A program made the translations under genes and the position numbers. A stretch of DNA of 64,000 nucleotides from Balanoglossus misakiensis (Eukaryota > Animalia > Hemichordata), in contig CM082589.2 in NCBI GenBank assembly GCA_040954595.2, forward strand, positions 6,507,186 to 6,571,185, read 5' to 3'. Under the pieces are notes generated by a model. That model did no database searches and was not told the DNA's origin. It saw nothing but the letters and a program-made list of their open reading frames with translations. Below, piece by piece: positions 23,792 to 37,200 of this stretch; the stretch's first letter is position 1, and every line of letters starts with the position of its first letter.

Positions 23792-24448
23792 GGTGTACAA
23801 CGGCACTAACGGTCCTTGTGTGTTAGCAAATGATGAAGGTTTCTTGCGTAGAAAATATTACTTAACGCGCTGCTGACCGGACAGACAGTGTGGGGTATTT
23901 GTTGCACGAAATGGAAACCACTGCATTGACCCATATACATTATGTACTAATACACTTTCCAAAGAGATGATGAAAACTATTCTTTGATTGAATGTGCGCC
24001 CTCAACAATGAAGATCGGCTGCCAGCTGGCTCAGCTCGATAAGTTGTTTTCCCTATTAAAGATGGACGAACGTAGAAGAGAGGGAGAAGAAGAAAATTAG
24101 CCCAAGGTGGAACTTTTCCAGAAATGAATACCGAGAATTTCGAAATAATTGTGACGACATACTGCATGTAGTATTACTTAATACAAGAACTTATGTTTGT
24201 AACTTAAGGTGGTTGGAAAGGCTATTTTTGAAGCAAATTATTTCAATGTTTGTGATTTTATTCTCACAAGTTCCCAAAATTTACCACAGTAAGCCTAATC
24301 GTAATCGTAGCATCAAACAGCAATGAAACCAATTTATTGTGAAACTGATAGCTGGCCATATCATACACTGGCATGTTGCACCAAATCCTTTGTATATTTT
24401 TCAGTGTTTCTTACCTGTATATTTGTTATAATTGATACATGTATATGT

Positions 24449-24501
24449 TAGCCCGGAGACCATGGCGTCGGGGAAAAGATCGACGCCTGGTCTCCGGGCT
24501 A
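24449..24501. mobile_element. 53-bp TAG...CTA foldback mini-element
   Basis: TAGCCCGGAGACCA(T)GGCGTCG-loop-CGACGCCTGGTCTCCGGGCTA. Flanks are only partly similar (TGTATATGT / TGTAAAACA). Confidence 0.6.
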
Positions 24502-25246
24502 TGTAAAACAATCAGATTGGGTAATGTAATCAGATGACATTGTTTGTCAATAAAATGTAAATAGCGAAATAAACGTGAATTGATTTGAATATGAGTCAGT
24601 GTGATTTTCATCAATTTTTTAGAACCCAGATATTTTCAACCCAATTATGTTGGCAAAACAAACTACATCAGATACTGATAGGCCTAGGCCCGGCCTATTC
24701 GTTTTAAATTGACCTCATGTCTGAATGTATAGGCCTATTATAGACTATCAAATGTGACGAAACTTGCTATGAACTATCGTGAAATACGCTCCCGCAGTGT
24801 TTCGTAAATTGAAAAGTGTGTGTGGAATGGCTAGAACATTGAGGTACACGCATTACGTGGAAGATGGCCACAGAAATTTGGACCTGTTCATTTGTGTTGC
24901 TGAGTGTTTAAAAAATTCCCATGATGCAGTTCTGTGCGTAGACGGGTACATTACAGTCATGACATTTGATTGGCTAATACCTGAACCTGTTTGAGGTGCT
25001 CATATCGTTTTATCTATAGAGCAGCAAATGTTCAGGCTTCAGTAGTTTGAATGATCGAGCTAGAGTTTCTAGGAGAAAACATAAACATCATGCCGCGGGT
25101 GTTTTTTTTAATAATATCATGAAAATCTTGTCGTCAACCACAGCTGCATAAGCATGTATGTTCTTTTATCCAATCACAATACGTCTTACGGAATGTACTG
25201 TTAAGGCCCCCTAACGGATATAAGTTTAATCCAAATACTAACAAAC

Positions 25247-28200
25247 ATGGAGGTTGAAGGTAGGAATTATTTTGAATTTTTTGCTATATTATGCGATCCC
25301 TGTCGATGTGATACCGCTGAACAGTTTTGAACATCGCTTTATAATAGGCTGTTGAACTGTACAAATGGTCTTGCTTTCAACGATCGGAATGCCGTAGCAC
25401 GGAGCTTTTTTCACCGACCACATATATACCGTATACGCGATGACAAAGTCCGAGGGGTGATTCATTTCCGAATCCGACACATTTGACAGCTTCTGTTGCG
25501 TCATCGTCAACATGGTTTATAAATATTGTCTGGAATAGATCGTTGTAACACTGGCGTGGAAGAAATTGCAGCCGTTTGTCCGTCGATCACGAGCGCACAC
25601 TGAAGTTTCACTGCCGCCAGTGCAGTGGTATGGCCTGCAGGGGTCATGGGGTCAAGAAAAGGACGCTTTCCCAGGTTGTCCTAGTTACGTCGGAGACCAA
25701 TCGGCCCTATTATTATTAATACTCACGGCCGTACCCGTGGCCCTACTACAGTCTTATCAGTCCTAACTTTACTATTCTGTGACATATGTGTCCAAAGTAT
25801 GTACAATCCAGCTGTCAAAATCACAATAAACAACAAACACTGCGCATGAAATAGACAGCGACTGCCACTCCCATACCATCTGAAATCCACATGAACCCAG
25901 TGTTTATACCCATACCCTACATAGTTTTTGTAGCTATGATATAAATTAAAATACCTTCTTCATATCCCTGGACATAAAATGTGCACCTCAGCACTCTATA
26001 ACCTGACAGTGACACAAAAGTTGTCATTAATTCCACATCATGCATTCACAAAACAACATGATCGTAAATCACAGATTCATCACATATATGATTTTTCTTT
26101 GATCATTATAAATCACCAGTTGACCAAAGAGCGTTGCCAAAGAAAAAGAAGAAAAAGGGAAAGGCTACAGCCAAGGAAAATGATGATGAAATTGGTTTAT
26201 GTAAGCACCAAGTATATACTCATATTCAACTTCAAAGTATGATTTAAAGGCACATGAGCTGCAACTGGATAAAAAAACTTAAAGTTTTAAATAATCTCAT
26301 ATATGCTTTTAATTATGTCTATCAAATGATATTTCATGATAATATATCAAGCTCAACACTTATTTATGACAAAATTGTCAAAAATTAAAGAAAAACGAAA
26401 ATTCAGGACTGCAATTTTTAAAAAAGTGCAATTACCTGAAGTCATGGTTTACTTTCAGCGCCTGATTCAGAAAACACAAAAGCTAAATTAGAAGAACTAT
26501 TGAAGGCAGCGGTTGATCAGTCTAAAAGGTAAGACAGTTTATTTTTAAAAGTGTCAGTGTTTTTGATTTGGTGGTATGTACTATAGCCTGGTGATTATTG
26601 CCACTAGTCTATAATTGTATGATATGGGACAAAGTATAGAAGAAATTATTTTTTGAAAGATGACATTTTGACAATGGTGTTAAAGGGTTTAACTTCACTG
26701 TCATGTGAGCTATATTTCCTGTGGAAGAGGTATATTTTCAGGTCATACTGAAGAACTGTGCATGTACCTGTGCAAATACACACTGCTGCACTGAAATACA
26801 TTGTACACATCCTGGATATTTTGACATTTTAATACCAGGACAAACACAGCTACATAACAACTACCACATGTAGTTTATACAATGGAATGTAGTCTCTGTC
26901 CTAGAGCCATCTCTGTTTACTCTGCATTTTTTTAAACTTCAGTGATGGAAAGAAGAAGAAAACAAAAAAGAAAACACAGGAAGAGTTGCTGGTAAGTTCA
27001 CTAATCTCTTTGAAATCAGTTCAACCAGGCAGAGTGCCCTCTAAGCCCATGTGATGCGTTACTGACTCAACAAACTCACTGATGACTCAAGAAAGTTACC
27101 CACACTACATGCAAGGGTATAGGACTGACTCAGAGAAATTTGTAGAAATCCTCAAATTGACTCAAAGCTTTTAAAAATTATGTTCGTTAGAGGGCACACT
27201 TTCCTCTTCTTTGTTTGGTGCAGGTCCCATTGTCTTCAGTGGGCAAGCTGGACCTGTACACTGAAGCAAAGCAAACTTAATTTACTTTGGGGATTCAAAA
27301 CAACCATATCTTGTATCCTGTTACAGCTGCAAACTATCAAATCAGGAAAATCGATCAAAAAGGACACAGAGGACACGTCCATGGCTGCTAATACTTACAA
27401 CGAAGATGAATCACCACGGACGAGAAAGAACACCAAAAACAAGAAAAAGTCGCATGCCAAGGAAATGGGCGTGGAAAACGATGGCTACATTGAAGAAACA
27501 GCTCTGGACAGTCAATTAGACACACCAAAGAAATCTACGAAGAAGAAAACAAAGAAGAAGACAGTGCTTTCTGATGATGGGTAAGAAATGATAGGGGCTG
27601 ACTCTTTCTCAGTTTCTGTGAAGTATCTTGAAAACACTGTACATGTATATCAGTGGGTGCTTTTACATAATTACATGGTGTACAGATCATTCCATTTGCT
27701 TGAGGATGCTACCTTATTAAAGGCAAAACATGTTTATTTATCCCTTTCACCGCCGTGGTATGGTCCAAATCCATTGTTTTCTATGGTAAAGATGGACCTC
27801 TTAATAGGGAACTGGGGGTGAAAGGGTTAAGGATTATGGGCAATGCATATACTTCACCAAACAATCCTCACATGTGTTACCATCTCAACAGTGTGGTTCC
27901 AGGATGCACTGAATTCCATGCTGTTTGTGACATGTGAACCTTTATATATACCATTCCCCACAACTTCCGGTAAGGGTTTTAACTAATTCAAATTTCATTC
28001 CAGAGGCGAGATGACAATATCAGAGCTCGAAGACACCCCTAGAAAGAAGACCAAGAAGAAGAAACCCAAAGCGGGCTCACCAACTCCGGACGATGACAAG
28101 ACCGGAGATGAAATAGAAAGAATCAAGTCGGCGGATGAAGCCACTAAAACAGAAGACGATGGTGAACGGACGGATGCAGCGGGCACTCCGAGGAAAGTGA

Positions 28201-31200
28201 AGAAGAAGAAGAAAAAGAAAGGTGCGTGGTCATGGTAAACGCTATATTTTAGCATAAACTTTGATGTCAAGGAGAATAGAAAAATGCTGAGTCAACATTT
28301 TTTTTCACTGACTCTTTTCCATGAGCAACATGATCGATGGAGTTTATCTCAAAGTTGAGCGAGACGATCACCGAAAGCGGTTTCTTTTGAGTGAGCAGTG
28401 TGGAAATTGTCATAATGCAAATAGTAATACAGTCAAACCTACAGTATAGTGACCACCAATCAAGGAACTCGTAAACTATAGAGAGGTGGCCTCTATAGAC
28501 AGGTCAATTAATGCACATGTATGTAAATTACACAGGGACTGTCACTAAGTGGCCACTGCATAGAGGTGATCACTAACACAGGTTTGACTGTAGTAGACAC
28601 TTGTAATTCTCAACTCAAAATTGAGCCTATGAGGAGTGACGCATCCGACATCCTTCATCTGGTGTGACAGATCTTCATTCACACTACAGTCAAACCTCTC
28701 TATAGTGGCCAGTCAAGGGACTTTCCTAAACTGGCCTTTATAGAGAGGTGACCTTTATACATGTATAGAGGTTCATGTGAATTGCACAGGGTCTGTAACA
28801 AAGTGGCCACTATATAGAGGTAAACGCTATATACATGTAGGGGTGGCCACTAACAGGGGTTTGACTGTACTGTCATCCTCCTTGCAGCTGCTACTGTAGA
28901 TGAAGAGGCCACAGCTGAAGAGGTGCCAGCCGCACCTGTAGATGACCAGCGTGTCCTGGGTGTCTACATACACAGATCCGACAGACTGAAAACAGATCTC
29001 AATCTGACGCATCCAGTTGTGAGGGTTCAAATTGTAGATCTGGAGACGGGGAACTACGTCAAGAAGAAAGACAGGTACAGAGATTGTGTTTCCCTCCCCC
29101 CCCCCCCAAATCATACTTCTACTGATATCAGGAGAGATACCCCCTGGCACACCAGGACTGAGGTATGTGGATAGCATTGGGGACTGGGTTTAGAGTAAAG
29201 GGTAAGTGTCCAGGGGGGTAACTTCCCTAGAATTATTCAACCCAGACAGCATACGTGTAACAAATATACATAATTGTGTGAGTCTAAAACCACAGTTTTT
29301 AGCTGAGCCTAGAAAAATGCCTCAGCAAAAGAACTCATCGTGCACTTAATGAAACTACATGTATGTGTGTTTCGACAAACACAGCTGAAATTTTAAAGTA
29401 CATGTACTTTCTGACAAGACCACTGTGACTGACTCTGTATCATTTTCTATTTCCAGCTCCCGGGCTGTGACATCGTATTACGAAAAAGAAAACGACAAGG
29501 TGGACTTCATCCTTCCGATAATGACACAGCCGTTTGACTTCAAGAAAAGAAAGTAGGTTTTCTGTTTTTCCATGCGCAATTCATAATTTAGACTTTCGTA
29601 ATTCTTGAACCGCTTGAATCGTTGACATTTCATTTTGATTGCTAAAGTCAGTTTAGCCTATGCACAAATTTTCTTTGCAGGAAAAGTGATTCAGTTAACT
29701 AACGACCGAAATGATTTCAGAAGTTGCATTGTCTTCTCACAGAATCCAATCTTAGCAGTTTATTGCAGTAACTTTCACCCTATGATCCAAATCACAATCT
29801 AGGTTTCATGTTGGGTGCGTACATGAGTATGTTTCCCTTAGAGATGGCTACATGGGGCAAACTTTTGATGCATCGAACTAACATCTTGTTTCTGTTATCC
29901 TTTACTTTTCAGAACTGTTATTCCAGCCTGGGAGGAGTTGCTTCTCTTCAATGAAAGTTACCTCTATTTCATACAAGCACTTGAAAGTTATCCAAAGGTT
30001 ATAGTTTTCTTCGAGGTGAGTCAAAAAGAATTTTTAACTATCTTACCATCACTGGGATGTGAATAATGCCAGGATAGTAACAATGTTTGGTTCAGAAAAT
30101 GTTAGTGAATAACTACATGTACATGCATTCTGGCATTTTTCAACTCAGCTTGCTTGTATTATGTGTGAGATGTGGTTACCCAGACTGTTGTAAAGTCAGT
30201 ACAGTTTGGTTCAACACCCCATCTTTTATCCCTTCACAACATTTCCCCCTTTCTCTTCTCAGTTGCTAGATTTTGTCAGCATGAATGCCGCCAGTGTGCG
30301 GTACAACAATGCAACGACCGAGGGCGGCTGGCACCGGATCGCCTGGGCTTTCCTCAAAATCGTGGGGACCAACGGCGCTCCGAACACGGAGAAGAAGATC
30401 AGGCTTCAGCTGTTCCATCCGCCGTTTAACTACAGGAAGAAACCGGGTTCCAGTGAGGTAAGCGCGTTAATTCTTTACTAAACAATCACGTGATCTGGCC
30501 ATGTGTCCCATGGCGCTGTCATTTCCAAGCAACATTTCGGCATCCAGTTAAAGTTTTTTTCCGAGTATGTTTTTACTTTAGAACTGCCAGACACGTAACA
30601 TGTATCGGGTATGGTGCCTTATCAGCCTCGTGGAGTTTCGTCTGCACAGTCTTTGTCTTCACCACCATGTTGAAGTTGCCCGTCATCTGGAAATTTGAAT
30701 GCGAACGTAACTGCCGCCTGAGCGCGTCTGACGTCATTTGATATCGAAGAATTGCAAATAGCGTGTGACTCAAGTGCCAGTACTGTGTATGATGTGATGT
30801 GGTGTGGTGTGGTGTGGTGTGGTGTTATCATAGAACATCTCTTTACGCTTGCATATACATCTTTCTGACAGGTTTACCAGTGGTGGATGCATCTACCTCG
30901 CCAAGCTTATCCATCCACGCTCTACGTCACCTTGAAAGGAATTCGGCCGCCGGACAATATCCGGCCATCCGTCAGATCCATGTTTGCAACTCAGATGGTA
31001 AGTTCATGCAACTCAAAAACTTGTACATCATTTCTCATGTCTCTTGAAAACAGGACGTAATTGTATTCGTAAAATGAAACCTCAGACCAATCAATGGCAA
31101 GATTACATCAGAGTCGATACAAATGTGAGTTGTGCTTTGTAAGGGCATTTGCCATTAGCCACTTGGTTGGCACTGTTCAATTTGTATTCTACACCACAAA

Positions 31201-34200
31201 TTGTGATTTAAACAAAAAGTGTTTTCCCTTCCTCTGATGAGGGAGCCCCTGATAAAATCTACACACGAGCAAGATCAAATTTGGTCTTATTTCACCAACA
31301 AAACGATAACAGCTGCGTCTTGAAGAAATTGTAAAAATTGATCAAGTCGGCCACTCTGCTAATGGCTCGTCAGTTGCTGCTACTTACACTCATAGTAGCC
31401 ATGGCAACCAAGTCAGGCGCTCGTAATCTCCTGGTGTCATCAGAACTCGTTGATCAGATCTCGTGTTTGTGGAAAGTTCGTTTGGAAGGGCAGACGATAA
31501 CACAGGATGGCCATCGTCATTGGCTGAGTGGGTGGTTGATTTTTTTTATTTTTGCCATTTTGGCAGAAAAAAATAAAAGGAACTACTATGCCATTCTAAT
31601 TTCCAGAGAGCTACACTATGTTTTTTAGATATTCAGCTTAAATGCTGTCAACAGTCAGACAATGTTACGTTTACTAGTAATATAAATAAAAAATATTTTC
31701 ACTTAACCTGATTTGACTTTTTTGAAAAAGCAAACTAAAATCTATATGAATCACGGTAAAATCACAAATTCTGTTCTCTGATGCATTGCCTTATATCTTC
31801 ACATGATCTTGCTTAAAGGGGAAATCCGTCGTAGCTGATTTCTACATAATTTGGTAGCTTTGATGTCACTCTTTCAGAAAAAAACATATTCGCCATGTAT
31901 AGGTCGCGCGATTTTTTACAAAATCTAGGGAAAGTTCCAATATGGCGTTTACTGTAATTTGAATCATGGGAAAAAAAGCGCCAGGACCAACTTCCGCCCA
32001 CCATGGTGTGGGTGATACCATTCTCCGATAGGTGTCACTGGGCGACAGACTAGGCGTATTTTCATAGCTATTGTTTGTTCTTTGCATCAGTTGATAAACA
32101 ATCATCAGCAAAGTCGAAAATTTGTCATCTATTGACAGTTTTCATGAGCTATAACCCATGGTAAATATGCAAATACGCTTAGCTTGTGACGCAGTGACAC
32201 CAATCGGAAAATGGTATCACCCACACTAAGGTGGGCGGAAGTTGGTCCTGGCGCTTTTTTTCCCATGATTCAAATTACAGTAAACGCCATATTGGAAATT
32301 CTGCCAACTTTCCCTAGATTTTGTAAAAAATCGCGCGACCTATACATGGCGAATATGTTTTTTTCTGAAAGAGTGACATCAAAGCTACCAAATTATGTAG
32401 AAATCAGCTACGACGGATTTCCCCTTTAACTGATAACAAAATTATTATCATGTTTGTAGTAATTTTCAATAGCTGCTTGTTTTTCCTATACTGTGCTTGC
32501 CCAATCTCTTATCTGAGTCAAATTTCACTTGCCTCTTTCCCATGAGCAGCCATACATGTTAATGTGGACAGTGTGTGTAGGGGTGTAAATTTCAGTATGA
32601 ATATTTTCCTAGTGGCTGTATAGGGAATTTTATTTTTTTTCAATTTGCAACCGATTGCCTCTAGCAGAATATTTTACCTGCGTCATTCCCTGAGCTGATA
32701 AACAGAAATCAGAGGAGAGTGAAATTGGGGTTGCAACACAAGCAATCAGTTCTGTGTGTTGAAATGAATTTGTGTTTTTTTTCCCCGTAAAAAGTGCAGG
32801 TCAGGTCGTTTCAGTCAAGTCATGCCAACTGAATACTTATTGGGGAAAAAGCTAGGAAAAGTGTCAAAAAAATAAATATATATGAGAACAATAAAGCTTT
32901 GGTTAATCATAATAAAATGACAATCCTTACCAGAGGATTGAACTAGTGACCTGCCCTACTTGTTGGGTTTTGTAACTTGTTATACATATTATTTTATTTG
33001 TAGTCATGTAATTTATTTTGCAAGTGGAATGTCGAATTTTAATGTCTAGATTACCGGTAATTTGAAAAAAATTCATGTGAAACACCAGCTGTGTTTATCA
33101 TGGCCTGATAATCATTGACTCATCAACGATCGCAAGTGTACACTCCCACCTTAATGCCTTAGTTAAGATGTAGCCATCGCTATATTAGTAATCCAATGAG
33201 AGCGAGGAATTACTGATGACGTTTTTAAGGAGGGACTGTTGATGATGAAACTAAAATCAATGACTGCACCTGATGACAAGCCTAGCCAGACATGATGTTT
33301 TATTCATGTCTGGCTGTTGTGTGATGACTGTGTGACCCCAAAAAGGGAAGGGGCCCTCGCAGTGACTGCTCAGTCGGCAGATGGACAGTCGTGTCGGGAA
33401 TGAGCTCTGGATTATAACATGCGTTAAAGTGTGCCGCACCTACCAGGCCATAAATGTGACGTTCTATAGCTGAGAGCTCGCGATAGAAAAAACATCGTCC
33501 AATATGGATTATCACCGACTGACGTTTGTGGAAGATGACTTTGATGTATGTATAAGTTTATCAAACCCCGTGTTTCGGTGAAAAATATGTGTTACCTTTT
33601 CGTTTTCTGAGAGATGTGGTTTCGACAGTGTCTGTTAAAGTAGAACATCTCTCGCAGGTTGAATACTAAACCTGAAGCCAGACCAGTTCTTGTGTGTAGG
33701 AGAAAGTACCGGCACTACATGTCTCAGAGGAATGCTGCACTTTGAGTAGGGGATTACCCAGAGCTGATGTGTGGTCAGCACATTCCTAGCTTTGTGCATG
33801 TGGAATTTTACGCAAAATGCCATTGTGGTACATGTACATGTATTGCCATTTTTCTTGAAATTTCCACAGAAGGTGCCAAAAGAGTGTAGCAACACCTGCT
33901 TTTCTATTTATTTATTTTTGTTTTTTGATAATCCAACAACATACATTATTATAAGTAAAACTCAGGAAAATAATATTTTTAATTTTCAGCAGTACATCGC
34001 CTTTTAAAGACAGTTTTATCGGAAAAGGGATATTCAAATGTACTGTACTGGCATTTCAAATCGAGCTATTTTGAGTCTGGAATAAGATAAAGTCTTCTGA
34101 TAATAATTCTTTTCACCATTTTTTTAAAACTGTTCTAAGAATCCCAGCGTTTTGTTTTTAAAAAAAAATAGGTTTACCAAGAACAGAGGATGTTCTTTAT

Positions 34201-37200
34201 CGATTGTCAGTGAGGCAGTATCTGTTTTATGGATCATTTGAAACCTGTTTCCATGGATACTGATGTGTGCTATCGGTCATTTTCACACCTGCCATGGTTC
34301 AGTTCGACAGTTTAGTGTCAAGAATTCTCTCCTTTGACAAATATATCGGATGTCACCTGAAAACGGACATGTCTTTGCATTTATTTTGTAGCATGATAGA
34401 GACACAATGAAAGCTATGCAGGGAATGTTAATGAAGAATACAGAAAATATGTAGTTAAAATATCTATCATGTGACGGGCATATTCTTGCTATTATTTGAT
34501 GAAAAATTACTTGAAAATAAAACTACACAGTTTGCAAATTTTTTAACCATGTAAACGTTCAGTTGGAGCCACGGGTATTAAATCATTCATAAAGATTAGA
34601 AATTACTGTCTTATTTCTACGGGACTCAAAAAAACTGTCTGTAATGTTTAAATATTTGTACCATGCATGCAAAACAGGTGTAACAACATGTCGCACTCAT
34701 GGCAGTGAAAATAATCCTTCCTGAATTGCTCTTGTCCGGTTATTATTCCCTTCATTTTATGCCAGGATATTGTATGGAAATACGGTCAGAGCATAACATG
34801 CTTGTGGCAGGCACTCAGACTGTTAAATATCACAGGTCTGTTTCCCAAACAACTCTGTGTCTCTGGTGAGCAATGTGTCAAAATCGTTCATGTCTGATGA
34901 TTTGATTTCAACTGCATTCCCGCTAGGTGCCCTGTGGCGATCTGTGGGCTACTGATGCTAGGCGTGACTGGAAACATGATTTTAATATGAGAATGGGAGA
35001 TAAAGGTTGATAAAGGTTGAAAATACAGTATAGTCTTCTTATCTTGCTACAAATAGTATACATAATTATCAGATAACTACTTTGCAAAAAAATCAATATA
35101 TTAATATTATGATGGATATTGATCATAACACAAAATACAGTAAAACCTGTCTGAACTATCCCCCATCTATCTGGAAACCTGCCTATACCAAACACCTTCT
35201 CTTTGACATAGAACCACATTTTTGAAAAACCTCAACAAACTGGATACTCTGCAAACTATACAGTTTCTTCAGTCCCTTTGGTGTTCGTTTCAGACAGGTT
35301 TACTGTATATTCAACTCATGGTGTTGTTTCTTGTAGTGTATGTAAATTGTTTTACATGCTGCGATTTGATGTGTTCTGATTTTCAGGAGGAAGGTTCCAC
35401 AACTTACAAAGATCTCAGGAAGAGTATTGAATGGGGAGGGAAAATGACAGCCAGGTCAGTGAAATGTCAAACAGTGATTATTAGAGAACAGTTATTCCAA
35501 AGACCACTTGGGTCATCTCTGCTTGTCTGTGGTCTATTGATCTGAGCTACAGAAGATAATTAGAGAGATTTCCTCTTTTTCTGATTTGATGACCTCAAAA
35601 TATTTTCCAATGTTGAAGAAATTATACAGCAACTCCCAATGGAGGATGTGCAGTGCTGTGAATTCCAATGGAGACACATTTATTTCTATCATGGATGTAT
35701 CATGTATTATGTTTTTACAGATTTGCATGGTGGCGACCATATATGTTATATCCTGTTCACACTTCCACAGTCAATAGCTCACATACATACATGTACCTCA
35801 GCATAAGTAAATTGACATAATAAAATATCAGTTTGAAACCACAAAAATAGTTTGTTGATTGATAAACAATGCAAAACACTGCAGCTTTCAGATCTTCAAA
35901 AGTCTAGTACCAGTAGTAACATTCTAATAATTTTCTTCACTGCAACAGAACCTCAGCAAAGACGAAGTCCCTTGCCATGTGGTCGAGGCTTCCAGGGCAG
36001 GTGTGTCACATTCCAAACAAAACAATTTTCCAACTGAACGCTGGCAGGAAAGGATGCTTTGTTATCAAGTTCTCACACGATGGAAGGTAAATTTACATGC
36101 ACCTTTGAGTTCCTGTTTTGTCTTTTAGCTCTATCACCCCTTTTCCCTCTTTAGGAGGTCCAACTTTACCATAGAAAACAGTGGAATTGGACTGAACCAT
36201 GATGGTGAAAGGGTTGAATCTCCAGAATGACATCTGCTTGATATTGCCTCCTTATTATCTATACTTACAACTTGTGCTGTAACCCGTGGAAATCTTTCAT
36301 GCAATACATATTACATTACAGTAATACACTGTACAATAAGTATGCAAATGAGTTCCAATATGGCTGACGTGTTTCAATGTTATAACATACAGGTGTCACT
36401 GATTTGAATAAAACAGTTGTTGCGAGAATACTCAGCCAACATTTATGTTTTCTTCTCTTTACAGCTATCTTGCCTGTGGTGGAGGAGATCGAGAAGGGTA
36501 TCCTATTTCAATTTTCGATGTAAGTATAGGAAAATCAAATGGTAATTTTGGCATTCGTTTAAAAAGGCGTTTTGATGCCAACTCTAATCAGATAAGACAG
36601 TGACAGTCATAACTTTCATCCACCTTCTGTACGTGTTGTCATACATGTATGGACTAATTAAGGACTGATTGTTTTATCCAGTTAACCTGTACATATGTAA
36701 TTAATTTCCAGACTCTGCCCATCAATTGTTAAATCTCTTTTTCATATTTCAGATGCCATCGGGTAGACTGCGTGGGCAACTGCCTGGGCACTACAGCATT
36801 ATCTATGACCTGTGTTGGTCTCCAAGCGACACTGAGATCCTGTCAGCGTCATCAGATGGAACTGCCAGGTAGGCCATGGAAGAGTCCTCTTGATTGGTTG
36901 ATTTTTGGCCATAAGACCAGCTTTGCGATGTAGCGACCAATAGTTTGACAGGAAAGAAGTAGTAGTACTTCTGAAATCCCTATGTGTTGTTGTAAATTGT
37001 TCAGTTTACAGAAATATGTCTGGTTGGTACAGGATCTTCGAACAGTATCATACAATCTATGTAAATTGTTCACTTTATACAGGTTTCTGGATTAGACAGT
37101 GTTTAGTTTAGACACATTTCACTATATTCAAACAGAGCAATAAATTACACAAGTCTGGGGATTTTGATTATTTTCTTTCTTTCCCACAGGATCTGGGATG

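Noticed and set aside
23792-23806. ORF-track start of the MCT at 23806
   Set aside because: That codon is GTG; the first in-frame ATG is at 23791.
31813-32429. Duplicated ORFs with identical peptides on opposite strands
   Set aside because: Artefact of the long inverted repeat; no transposase-like motifs.
31234-33260. CTGATGA occurrences (about 31234 and 33213) as hammerhead or C/D snoRNA boxes
   Set aside because: No correctly placed GAAA with flanking stems, and no convincing D box with terminal stem was seen.
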